A DNA stretch of 64,000 nucleotides from Octopus vulgaris (GCA_951406725.2 OX597826.1:43896001-43960000), one strand, 5' to 3'; counted from the stretch's first letter, positions 13,870-27,042 are shown. Made by a program: numbers and translations. The notes: generated from the letters alone by a model not told the origin.

Positions 13870-14150
13870 ATAATAAATCCATAAAAGAAAAAAGACGAAG
13901 AAACAAACACACAAAGAAAAAACGTAACAACGCGAGGACATGATACATGTAAAGTATTAGCAGACGCTCAGGGAAGGAAAAAAGATGGTTTAACGTTTCG
14001 AGCAACGCTCTTCTTCAGAAACAATGGAAAGTCCAATAGAAAGGAAGACGGAGAAAGAAGATCGCCAACGATTCATGTGGTTACATTTTGAAATGACTGG
14101 AAGGGAATGGGTGAATAAAAAATGTTCTTTCAAAGACAGGGGAGTGTAAT
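13870..14150 (-). mobile_element. non-autonomous Penelope-like terminal (pLTR-like) module
   Basis: Contains hammerhead motif; tail CAACGCGAGGAC...GACGCTCAGG recurs at 15820-15915 and inverted at 47054-47125, there abutting (TA)n. Confidence 0.65.
13986..14024 (-). ncRNA. minimal type I hammerhead ribozyme
   Basis: Minus strand GTTT-CTGAAGA-A-GAGC(GTT)GCTC-GAAA-CG-TT-AAAC; palindromic AACGTT stem III. Confidence 0.75.
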
Positions 14151-14157
14151 AGAAGGA

Positions 14158-15335
14158 GGTATGTGTGTGTATGTGCGTGCGCGCAAGTTTGCATGTGTGT
14201 AATAGTACGTGTGTGTGCGTATGTTTGTATGTGTTGTGTGTGTGGTATTGGCTGTTTATATGTGTGAGGGAACTTTGCGTCTCTTAATGTTTTAGAAAGA
14301 ATATAGCAACATGGTAACAGGGAGGCGGTGCTTTGTGTAGTTGTGTGCTTCTTCACATGTGCGTAGAGGAATGGTCAGTAGAAAGGTGTTTGACTGGCAG
14401 TTTGAGGTATGTGTGTGCGTGTGTATGTATGTGTTGTGTGTATAGTGTGAGTATGTGTGTGTGTATGTGTGTATGTATATGCGTGTTTGTATGTGTGTGT
14501 ATATGCGAGTGTGTATGTGTGTGCGCGGATGGTTGTGTATGGGGTTGTGTGTGTGTGTGTGAAGCATATGTACGTTCTTGTGTGAGTGCGTGCGTGCGTG
14601 TGCGTGCGTGCATGTGTGTGCGTGTATGTGCGTGTGTGTATATGCCCATGTATGTGTAATTGTGTAATTATGTGCATGTATGTATGAGTGTGTCGTGAGT
14701 GTGTGAGCTATGTGTGGGTCTGCGTGCGTATGTATGTGTGTGCGTGCGTATATGTGTGTGCGCGTGTGATTTTGCGTGTGTCTATGTGCGCATGTACATG
14801 TGTGTATGTGTATGCGTGTGTATATGTGTGTGTGTGTGTGCATATGTGTGTGTGAATGTAGGATTGTGTGTGTGGAGGTATATGTGCGTTCTTGTGCATG
14901 TACGCGCGTGCATGAGTGTATGGGCATGTGCGTGTAGATCTGTCTGCGTGTATGTATGTGTGTATGTGTGTGTGCGTGGGGTTGTGCGTGTTAGGTATGT
15001 GTGCATACCTGTGCGTATGTGCGCGTGAGTGTGTGTCTATGTGCATGTGTTTATGTGCGTGTGTGCGCGCGCGCGTGTGTGTACGTGTGTGTGTGTTTGC
15101 GGATGTATGTGTGCGTGTTATGTGGTATGGTGTGTGGGAAGGTATATGTGAGGTATATGTGCATTGATGTGTGTGCACGTGGGTGTATGTGTATATCTGC
15201 GTATGTGTGCATGTGTGTGTGCGTATAAGTGTGTGAGTATGTCAGTATATATGTGTGAGTATATATATATATATACGTGTGTGTGCGCGTGTGTGTGGGC
15301 GCGTGTGCGTGCGAGCGCGCGTGTATGTGTATATA
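14158..15335. repeat. long degenerate (GT)n/(GTAT)n low-complexity tract
   Basis: Directly visible; source of many spurious His/Thr and Cys/Val ORFs. Confidence 0.9.
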
Positions 15336-15337
15336 TA

Positions 15338-15740
15338 GGCGCAGGCTTGGTTGTGTTGTAAGAAGCTTGCTTGCCAACCGCATTCTCCCGGGTTCAGTCA
15401 CACTGCGGGGCACCTTGGGCAAGTGTTCTCTTTTATAGCCTCGGGCCGACCAAAACCTTGTGAGTAGATTTGGTAGACTGAAACTGAAGGAATCCCGTCG
15501 TAAATATATAGATCTCTGCAAATGTATGCATCTTTCTTCGTGTCTTTATTCGTCCCTCACCCACCACTCGACAATCGGTGTTGGTGTGTTTACCTCTCCA
15601 TAACTTAGCGGTTCGGCAAGAGAGAATAATAGAATAAGTACCAGGCTTAAAAATTTGTACTGGAGTCGATTACTTCGACTAAAATTCTTCAAGACGGCGC
15701 TCCAGCGTAGCCGCTGTCAAAAATGATTGAAACAAGTAAA
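15338..15740 (+). mobile_element. family A SINE
   Basis: Colinear with 33349-33770. Confidence 0.85.
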
Positions 15741-15914
15741 AAAAAAAAAAGAATTCATATATATACATATATACGGACACAAAAATATATACCTTCATAT
15801 ATATATATATATATATAAAGTTAATTCAAACAAGAAAACACAAAAAAAAAAAAACACAGCAACGCGAGGACGTGGAACAAATAAAGTATTATTGGACGCT
15901 CAGGAAAGAAGGGA

Positions 15915-15989
<75 letters not shown>

Positions 15990-16210
15990 TGTATGTATGT
16001 ATGTATGTATGTATGTATGTATATATATATATATATATCTAATTGAAAGCGCTTGAACGTAAAGCCAAACACATTTTGTAAAATCTCTTCTCAAAGGTTA
16101 GTGTCTTTCAACTTTCTAAAAAGGTTCTTTTCCCAATCTTAACTCTTTTAGAAAAAATTTTCCCTCAAAATATTATAACTGTATCAAGGAATTTCCCAAA
16201 GACTCCAAAT

Positions 16211-16244
<34 letters not shown>

Positions 16245-16321
16245 ATATATATATATATATGTGTTTTACTGTGTCTATTTCTATGCGTGTATGTGTGTGT
16301 ATACATATACACATATATGTA

Positions 16322-16376
<55 letters not shown>

Positions 16377-16799
16377 TAGACGGAATTCTAAATAAGGTTA
16401 TAGCCATAAACATAACACAACATATAAATACAGAAATGAATTCTTCAATAATTAATTTTTATAACTTCTGTTTCTTTCTCTCTTTTTTTTTCTTTTCCGA
16501 TTGTTTGATTATATTTGTTGCTTTTTTTTTGAGCATTAAAATTACAATTAAACATTGAAAATGTTCCAATCTTTAATTTACAACAATTACACCAGCAATA
16601 ACAAGAAATATATCTTTATTTTTTCTGTGTTTGTTTACTTTTATTGAAAGAAATATTAATCAAACCTGTCTCTTTGAATTATAAGGGAAAGACATACGGG
16701 CATGTGTGTGTCAGAAGTTTCTCAGACCAGGTTTTGTACATGTATGCTTCAGAAAATATTGTTTTGTTTTTATATATTATATATATTCGAGATCGTCTG

Positions 16800-17100
16800 T
16801 TTATGATGCAGTCTGTCTTGGAAAATACACAACGATCTCAACGCGTTTTCTATTTCTCCAAAAGCACCATAGTTTTTTTTTTGTTGTTAAAGGCGTCCAG
16901 TGCTGTTTTTCATTCAGTTTAAATATATATATACCGTCTTGGATGTTATGTAAGGTTCTTTCAACTTCAATTTCATTTTGGGAGACAGCGTAATGTCATA
17001 GAATGCTTGGTGAATATGGAGGACGTGGTTCAACGCCATTTTTTTAACTCAAGAGGTGTTGATGGATTGTTAGGCGCCTATCCTAATCGAAGACGATACG
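16800..17100 (-). pseudogene. degenerate mariner transposase C-terminal remnant
   Basis: Minus strand reads RPPYSP followed, after a frameshift, by PKMKLKLK, resembling the mariner HPPYSPDLAP..LFPKMK segment. Confidence 0.5.
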
Positions 17101-17912
17101 ACGCCCATGGCATTAACATGTGATTAAAAATTGAAGTATGCGCATTGTCTGACCTTTTGGTCGTCCCTGATGCTCATCGACTTGAACTGATACTTGATTG
17201 ATCTTAAAACGCCCATGGCATTAACATATAATAAAAAATAAAAGACAAACGAAGCAAAGATGTATTCCGGTTGCCGAGCTTTATGTAAATTGGATGTTAG
17301 AAAAATGCTCGAATTTAACAACCATTGTAAAAGCTGCAGCACCGTTCTGCCATTACGTTACAAAACCTCTCATACCATAACTGAATACGTGTAAATAACA
17401 TGTGTGTGAATGTTGAGTGTGTGACACAGTAAATATGTTATCGTGGTTGCAAGTGTTTTTATGAATATGTGATAATCAGAGCGCGTGTAATCGGGAACTT
17501 TTCGATAACACCTCATATTAGTAAATGTAATCTAAGATACATCACATATGAAAAGCCAGAGGGGCTGTTCATGGCAAGAACAGTTAGTAAGAAAAAGTGT
17601 GTGTGAATGTGAGTGTGTGAATAAATATGTTATTGGTTGCTAAGTGTTTTTATGAATAAAATGTGAATGTATGACCTAAAGTGGTAATCAAATGAACTTG
17701 TAATTATCCACAAATCATTATATCTATATTTGAGTATCTAATTAATTTAATTAAGAACCTGGTCTGTTTTCTAAATGAGAGAAATAGTTTGCTAATTATA
17801 TCCCAGGTACAAACTACTCTGAAATAATTATGACCTACAAGTGGTAATCAAATGAACTTGTTTTCCACAAATATTATATCTATATTTGATATTGGATTTT
17901 ATTAAATTGTTA

Positions 17913-17920
17913 TAGTAATA

Positions 17921-17999
<79 letters not shown>

Positions 18000-18037
18000 T
18001 AATAATAATAATAATAATAATGATGATGATGATGATG

Positions 18038-18094
<57 letters not shown>

Positions 18095-18350
18095 GCTTCA
18101 AATTTTGCCACAAGGGAAACAATTTGGGGGGAGGGGACTAGTCGACTACATCGACCCCAGTCTTCAACTGGCACTTGATTTATCAACCCCAAAAGGAGGA
18201 AAAGCAAAGTCGACCACGGTGATACTTGAACGCAGAACGTAAAGGTGGACGAAATGCTGTTAAGCATGTTTCCCGGCGAACTAACTAATGATAATAATAA
18301 TAATAATAATAATAATGATGATGATGATGATGATGATGATAATAATAATG

Positions 18351-18421
<71 letters not shown>
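17913..18421. repeat. (AAT)n/(GAT)n microsatellites around a family B-like SINE (18095-18285, minus)
   Basis: Directly visible. Confidence 0.92.
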
Positions 18422-18423
<2 letters not shown>

Positions 18424-18970
18424 TGCAGTACCAGGCAGTGGCTCTCATGGCTTCTGATCTTAACTGATTGGAAGCGTTATCATGTACATTGTTTTGTCTT
18501 GGTATAAAAGATGGGCTACAGCAAATATTCTGCTCAATACCACAGATTTGCTTGTCAGTTGTTTGACCTTAACCAGTTGAGCATGTCCCTTAGTGGCTGA
18601 CGATATGTGCATCTCTGATCACGAGCAGAAGTAGTGGGGGAGCATCATAGCCATGTATTGAGAGGGATTCTTTAGGGTTTGAATAATTCACCTCTGGAGA
18701 CATGGGTGGTTTTTTCAACATCCTTAAACAACCCTTATTCAGGGACCGTTTGAGCGGGTTGGGCTACTCAACCTGAAGAAAATTCTAACTGGGCCCCACC
18801 TGCAAGGTCATGTGCAGTTTATCTTGATATGAGATCACCATGTCGCGCACATATAGTTGTGATGCATGTGCCTGGTGTACCCTTATCAGACGGGTAGTCA
18901 TGATGGGTATATTGGGCTTCGTATATTTTACCCCAGTGTCACTTTGATGGCATGCACTGCTCTCTCACTC
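18422..18970 (+). mobile_element. about 550-bp non-autonomous retroelement ending in (AAT)n
   Basis: Second full copy with the same ends at 48235-48781 (minus) and a 3' fragment at 48056-48135; all end CTCTCTCACTC-(AAT)n. Confidence 0.8.
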
Positions 18971-19054
<84 letters not shown>

Positions 19055-19648
19055 TATTATTATTATTATTATTATTATATAATAATAATCCTTTCTGCTA
19101 TAATCACAACGCCTGAAATTGTTAGGGAGGTGTCTTAGTTTATTACATCGACTTAATTTATCGACCTTTAAAGGATGAAAGGCAAAGTCGACCTCTACGG
19201 AATTTGAACTCCGAGCGTAAAGCCAGATGAAAAGCAACGTACACATACTGGGGCGCCGTCTAGAAGTGTTTAGTCGAACAAATCGACTCCCAGTAATTAT
19301 TTTTTTAACCCTGAAAATATTCTAACGGTCTCTTCCCAAACAGCTAAAGTATAGGGAGGTAAAGCGTCAGGCGTTGATAGTGGACAAACGCACACACATA
19401 TAGAGTATATGTATACATACACAGACATACACGCACGCAGGCACACAGACACACACACATATATACATATATATATATACATACATACCCCGTGTTTCTT
19501 TCAGTTTCTGTTTATCAAATCCACTCATAAGTCTTTGTTCGGCAAAGAATTATATATGAAACACTTGCTCAAGCTGCTAGGGTGTGAGACTGAACTCAGA
19601 ACTATGTGGTTGGGAAAGCAAACTTTTTACCACATAGCCATGCTTTCT

Positions 19649-19723
<75 letters not shown>

Positions 19724-20157
19724 TATTTTTGGAAAAAGGTAAATTTTTCTATAGGAATCTCTTTCTTGTTATATACTCGTTCTTTAAGGCGCCAGTGTAG
19801 ATCTGCTGAGAAGAGTGGAGGACTGGAAAGGTATCATTATCAATAGATCTAATTACTATAACAGACAAACTTTTTAGGGTACTTTTTAGCTAATTTGATC
19901 ATATATTAACTATTTGCTTTAATGATATTTGATAATGATATCTAATGTTATCGGCATGGTAATCAGGTAATTTTACAAACTTTTGAATTTCACACTTGTC
20001 ATTAATATATTTGACTATGGATGTTTATATGATATAATAATGCAGTCTCTTTGTCTCAAATCTATGTTTGATATTACTCCTCAACATGTCACGTATACAT
20101 ACATATATATGCATAGATAGATACAAGCACACACGCACACGCACATACACACATGTA

Positions 20158-20221
<64 letters not shown>

Positions 20222-20429
20222 GGTATGTATGTATGTATATATATATCACCATCATCATCACGTGACCGACCAGTCCATCAGATGCAGTTACACATCGCTG
20301 GTCACAATGCGTTCGCATTGTTTTAGCCTTCGAATGACGCCACCCCGCTGGCTAAGCGAGCAGGTCAGTATATATATATATATATATATGTCTATATATC
20401 TATATATCTATATCTGCATCTATGTATCT

Positions 20430-20700
20430 GTGAGTATGTCTTCGAAAATCAATTAGAAAGAAGATGACTATGGCCGACTTCTTCGAAAACTCCTGCTTCT
20501 ATATCCGGACTACAAATTTACATTTATACAATAATAATAGGAGCACTTGGTTTTGTAAGTAAACGCCTAACTGTCCATCAGGATAACCTTGAATTTTCAG
20601 AAATAGAAATCAATCAACTGATTTGCACATTACAAATGCAATCTGTAAGCGGAACAGTAAAACTATGCAAGACTTTTCTCAGGTAGCAACGTGACATTGT
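20430..20700 (+). pseudogene. 3' fragment of a restriction-like-endonuclease (RLE) non-LTR retrotransposon
   Basis: Frameshifted translation KEDDYGRLLRKLLLLYPDYKFTFI/IIIGALGFVSKRL...LQMQSVSGTVKLCKTFL. Confidence 0.65.
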
Positions 20701-21492
20701 TTTCGTTATCTGAATTTCAACGATGAAGTTTTGTCTCACTGTTAAAAACCATATCCTTCTTCAAAGGAACAATTTGAATAATTAAATACAGAAGAGAAAC
20801 ATACATAGATACATAGATACATTCATTTATATACATACACACATGCATACATAGATGTACACACACATACACACACATGCACACACTCACATAACGAGAC
20901 GTATATCTGCTATGTACAGCGATATACACACGCACAGACAAGCTATAATATGTGAAAAAAATATTTCTACCGCTTGTTATATAGATTATTATTTCTAATA
21001 AGTATTTTGTATTTCGTATACATTTCTTGCTTTTTCTGTGTAAATAAAAATGTAAATAAAAATTTTGCTGTTATTTTTGTTATTGGTTACCTCTTTCTTT
21101 TCTTTCTTTTTCTTTCTTTCTTTTTTTTTTTTTGATGTCTGCTCGTAATTTACGTCATAATTAATGTCTTACTCATTTGGCAATCAATTATAAACAAAGT
21201 TCTTTTTACAAAAATTTTTCTGCTTCTTTAATTTGTGAAAGGCATCTACAAGATTTCAATCGATTTTTATCACCTGTGTTCATATCATTTCCACAATTTA
21301 CCATCAAAATATGCTTCCTTCATCAAACACCATACAACACACGTCACACATAGTTAATAAGATATTATATACAGAGTTGTTGTTCATTAAGTAAAGCTTT
21401 CTTATTATATGTTGAGTAGTGTATGGACTTGGGGACCGCGTATATCACAGAACTACAAATCCCTGGTCTCTTTCTCTATCTCGCTCCGTGTG

Positions 21493-21590
<98 letters not shown>

Positions 21591-21745
21591 TGTTTTGTGT
21601 ATGTATGTAAATTCAGAGTCCAGACACGTTTTTTCACTAGTCTTTCCATTTACTACTTTCTCTCATCCCTTTCTGTCGAAGAGCGTAGGCTCAACACATC
21701 AAAGACATCAATTTTTCCCGAGCGTGAAACAAATATACGTACATG

Positions 21746-21835
<90 letters not shown>

Positions 21836-22011
21836 GTTGAAATTTATAGAAAACAAAAGACGAAGATAGGTGTAAGAACAGCAAGCAGGTATATTAGTTT
21901 AACCCCATGAGAACGCCTCCTCTAGCTGGTTATCGATGGAATCTGCACCCGATATATAGTGCAAGCAGGAGAGCGAACTCCTACCATCTAGCGACTTGAC
22001 AGGATCACAAG

Positions 22012-22052
22012 AGCGGCTAGTTTCGGGCTATTTTTGTCCATCCTCAGTGGTG
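22012..22052 (-). ncRNA. degenerate minimal hammerhead motif
   Basis: Minus strand CTGAGGA-T-GGAC(AAAAATA)GCCC-GAAA-CTAG-CC; palindromic CTAG; U16.1 replaced by C. Confidence 0.5.
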
Positions 22053-22663
22053 GATATCTGTCCGATAAAGATAGCAGTACTTCTTTCCAGCTCGCAATAT
22101 ATAGAAAAATAAGTGACAATCAGCCACTAATCTTGCAACAAGCGAAGTAGCTAGTTAGAAAATCTCTATGAAAGATGGGAGTATAACTATACTGAGAAGT
22201 ATTGTTTGTCGCCACTTCAACATGGCTGTTCTGTACGAACCGACGTCACTACCATTTTTTTAACCCCAACATGACGCTTCCTCTATATGTTTATCGATGC
22301 AATCTGTACCGGATATTGCAAACATATATGTCTGTATATGTATAAGTACACATATATGTGTATGTGTGTGTGTGTACGAAAGCGTGTATGTCTATGTATA
22401 TGTGATGTGTGTGTGTGTTCTGTGTGTGTAATCGAAACTTACAAAAATAGAGGCTAAAGTATTACACTACGTCCGCCATCTGGAGTTCACATGTTTATAT
22501 AAAGGTCTAAGTTAAACTCACACTAAGTTTTGTTATTTTATAAACATAACGGTTTATGTTACTTAATGTACAATATTTTCTTTCCTCAACTTGAGAAAAG
22601 TAAGTCTACCGCTACTACTGTGGAAATTATCTGAGAAAAATAATTAAATGAGTAGGAAGAAAA

Positions 22664-23545
22664 ACATGGCAAAATTACTTAATTAACATCATTAGTTAAT
22701 TGTTAATACAATTCGATAATTGTCGAAAGAACATATATTATTTCCAAATAAGCAAAAGAAAATTATCCAATTAAGTAATCAGAGAGAAAATTCTGTATGG
22801 TTGCCCCAACAACTTAGAAATAGCAGCTATTCAAAACCACAGAAGATTGTCAACTTCGCTTACTTTCGCTTTAAAATTTAATATTTGGTATCAAAATGTT
22901 CGTCGCATCAAATACATCTGGATGGTAACAGTCTTTATGTAGTTTCCTATGGCTAATATATGTATTTCACGCTGCAATTATTTTAGTTTTAAAGCACGAT
23001 ATCAGATCACATCACTTGACGTCAAGTGCATCTCCGATTTAAATACACACACGCGAACACACAATGAGATATATATCTTATTTGAGTATTAAGGTTACCA
23101 TTGGTTTCATATAAGAATGTCTTAGCAATTCTTCAAGACGATCATATAGAAAAGTTTATGTTTGTCCCCACTTTGGATAAAAATACCAAATTGGATACTA
23201 ACACTGATTTTCCTATGTGATCGGCTTCAAGAATTCTTGAGATCTTTTCGTAACATGAAACCAATTATAGCCTTAATGCACAAATAAAGAATATTTAGCC
23301 ACAAATGAAGCGTCGAGTGCTCATCCTCATAGTTCAATATTTTACACACATGACCCATCTGTCCGGCAGTCGCCATGATAGATCGGTAGCCACTACACAC
23401 ATTTTTTTCTCTCCTTGTTTCTTTCTGTGGAAGACCGTAGGCTCGAAATATAAAATACTTTTTTCAATTCCCGAGCGTTATACTAATACATCTGTTTGTT
23501 TTCTACACCACCTGTCTTCGTCTTTTGATTTTTTCGTGAATTCTC

Positions 23546-23585
<40 letters not shown>

Positions 23586-24514
23586 ATATGATATATATAT
23601 ATATTATAATGAGTATATGTATATATATATGTATACATGGCAAAATTACTTAATTAACATTTATTAGTTAATTGTTAATACAATTCGATATTGTCGAAAG
23701 AACATATATTATTTCCAAATAAGCAAAAGAAAATTATCCAATTAAGTAATCAGAGAGAAAATTCTGTATGGTTGCCCCAACAACTAGAAATAGCAGCTAT
23801 TCAAAACCACAGAAGATTGTCAACTTCGCTTACTTTCGCTTTAAAATTTAATATTTGGTATCAAAATGTTCGTCGCATCAAATACATCTGGATGGTAACA
23901 GTCTTTATGTAGTTTCTTATGGCTAATATATGTATTTCACGCTGCAATTATTTTAGTTTTAAAGCACGATATCAGATCACATCACTTGACGTCAAGTGCA
24001 TCTCCGATTTAAATACACACACGCGAACACACAAAGAGATATATATCTTATTTGAGTATTAAGGTTACCATTGGTTTCATATAAGAATGTCTTAGCAATT
24101 CTTCAAGACGATCATATAGAAAAGTTTATGTTTGTCCCCACTTTGGATAAAAATACCAAATTGGATACTAACACTGATTTTCCTATGTGATCGGCTTCAA
24201 GAATTCTTGAGATCTTTTCGTAACATGAAACCAATTATAGCCTTAATGCACAAATAAAGAATATTTAGCCACAAATGAAGCGTCGAGTGCTCATCCTCAT
24301 TGTTCAATATTTTACACACATGACCCATCTGTCCGGCAGTCGCCATGATAGATCGGTAGCCACTACACACATTTTTTCTCTCCTTGTTTCTTTCTGTGGA
24401 AGACCGTAGGCTCGAAATATAAAATACTTTTTTCAATTCCCGAGCGTTATACTAATACATCTGTTTGTTTTCTACACCACCTGTCTTCGTCTTTTGATTT
24501 TTTCGTGAATTCTC

Positions 24515-24520
<6 letters not shown>
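22664..24520. repeat. about 970-bp tandem duplication, nearly identical units
   Basis: ACATGGCAAAATTACTTAATT starts at 22664 and 23635; both units end TTCTCCCC-(TA)n; only a handful of differences. Confidence 0.95.
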
Positions 24521-24589
<69 letters not shown>

Positions 24590-24653
24590 CTATATGTATA
24601 TATATACATATATACATATATATGGACGTATATGTATATATATATGTATATAC

Positions 24654-24721
<68 letters not shown>

Positions 24722-25257
24722 GTGTGTGTTTGTGTAACTTTAGTTTCAAATTGCAGACAACTAGATATTAGATATATAGCATATGAAAATCTAAAATAAT
24801 AAAAACAAAAATGGTGTTGCTTACTATATTCTAAAGCGATTAATTGTACTAAAATTTTCTGAGAAGCGTTTTCATATACACTAAGTATAACTAAGTGCTT
24901 CTATGATAATTATAACATTTCAGTCTAACAAACGTAATAACACTGCCAAAAGTGAGTAAATGACTTCAATTATTTTTCTGTCAGTTGTATACACTGTATA
25001 CGTATGTGAGTGTGTTTGTGTGCATGTGTGCGTGTATCATATATATATATATGCAGTCACTCTAATTTTTCTTGTTCATTTTTTCCCTTTCCTTATAGTA
25101 GAATTGTTACAATCACTAAAGAAAGAACAGAAAAATATAGAAAAAAATTTGTGGTACTTGACTTCGTCTCTTTATATTCCTAGTTCAAATTCTCTTGGGT
25201 TTTGAGTTTTTAACCTTTCATTCTCAATGAGTTGAATAATCCTGGTTGAATTACAAT

Positions 25258-25329
<72 letters not shown>

Positions 25330-25391
25330 TGCCGCCACCACCACCACCATCACCACCACCACCACCACCACTACTACTACTACTACTACTG

Positions 25392-25448
<57 letters not shown>

Positions 25449-25525
25449 TTGCTGTTGCCGCCACCACCACCACCACCACCACCACCACCACCACCACCAC
25501 CACCACCACCACCACCACCACCACC

Positions 25526-25580
<55 letters not shown>
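25258..25580. repeat. compound trinucleotide microsatellite (CTA)n(CTG)n(CCA)n
   Basis: Directly visible. Confidence 0.96.
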
Positions 25581-25581
<1 letters not shown>

Positions 25582-26082
25582 GCACGTACATACATGTTTT
25601 ATATTTTATCGCTTGCTTCAGTCATTGGACTGCGGCAATGCTGGAGCAATGTCTCCATGGTATGTTTTTGGTCGAAGAAATCGCTCCAACGTACTTATTT
25701 TAGTACCAACATTAGGTCCAGTACATATTCTTCCGTTCCTACTGCCGAACTGTTAAGTAACTGGGACGTAAACGAAGCAACACCAGTCGGCAAACGTGGT
25801 GGTGGTGCATGTCAAACAAAAATGTCCGTCTACCAAATTCCCTAATAAATCATTTGGTTGGCCCGGGGCCATTAGTCTTTATTAGTTGAGATTAGATCAA
25901 CTGCTCACATCCCTCAAGAACATTTTGGGAAGGGGAGGACACAGTTGTATAACCTCCCGCCAAGTATTTGACTGGTGTTATTTCATCGAAGAAGAATAAA
26001 ATCATTGCAGCGTGGATGGTGTTTGTAAGCCATTTAAGAAACACACAAAAGCCGTTCGATTCACTTCAACAGTTAAGTTTAA

Positions 26083-26133
26083 TTTGTCAAAATATTTTCG
26101 TCGCTTTAAGACCGCGACCTGTTCACTGACAAA
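26083..26133 (-). ncRNA. minimal type I hammerhead ribozyme with G3-C8 core
   Basis: Minus strand TTTGTCA-GTGAACA-G-GTCGC(GGTCTTAAA)GCGAC-GAAA-ATATTT-TGACAAA; perfect 7-bp stem I, 5-bp stem II, palindromic AATATT stem III. Confidence 0.72.
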
Positions 26134-26484
26134 AATCCGTGCTGCATCTTCCACGCTGCAATTGTTTTCGTTTCAGCACACGATCTCAGATCAAATCACT
26201 TGCTAAGCAAGTACATCTCCGTAAAAAGAATAAAATCAAAATACAGATTTCAACTAAGGGCGTAAAAGAAAACGAGTGACAAACTAAAGGAAAATATTTC
26301 CGTCACGATCTGTCTGTCTGATTGCTTGTCAATTTGTATGTCTGTCTGCCTATATGTCTAGCTGTCTGTCTGTCTTTATTTCTACATATCTAACTGCTTA
26401 CTTATCCCTATCACTCTGTCCTGCTATCTCTATCAATCTCTACTATCCTATATAATTAGAGTATACATGAATATTATATATATC

Positions 26485-26603
26485 ACATGCTTCGAGGTTC
26501 AGTCCCACTGTATAGCACCTTGAGCAAGTGTCTTATACTATAGCCTAGGGCCGACCAAAGCTTTGTGAGTGGATTTGGTAGGCGGAAACTGAAAGAACCT
26601 GTC

Positions 26604-26639
<36 letters not shown>

Positions 26640-26855
26640 TTGTGTGTTTGTGTCTGTGTTTGTCCCCCCACCATCGCTTGATAACCGATGTTGGTGTGTT
26701 TATGTCTCCGAGACTTAGCGGTTCGGCAAAAGATAGAATAAGTACCAGGCTTACAAAGGATAAGTCCAGGGGTTGATTTCTTCGACTAAAAAGGCAGTGC
26801 TCCAGCATTGTCACAGTCAAAATGACTGAAACCATTAAAAGAATAAAAGAATAAA
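26485..26855 (+). mobile_element. family A SINE (5'-truncated)
   Basis: Colinear with 33349-33770 from the B box onward. Confidence 0.85.
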
Positions 26856-26990
26856 AGTATATAATATAAATATATATATATATATATATATACGCGCACC
26901 CAGTCATAGAAAGGCTTACACATGTAGAATGATGCATAAATGCATGCATTCACAGACACTCATACACAGACACAGACAGACAGACAGACA

Positions 26991-27042
<52 letters not shown>

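Noticed and set aside
17399-17890. Two pairs of short, indel-rich duplications (17401/17599 and 17670/17830)
   Set aside because: Scattered single-base indels look like unpolished long-read sequence rather than biology
19799-19850. AGATCTG-CTGAGAA...GGAAAGG...TAGATCT hammerhead-like string
   Set aside because: Core mismatch at position 8 without compensation, and no clear stem III
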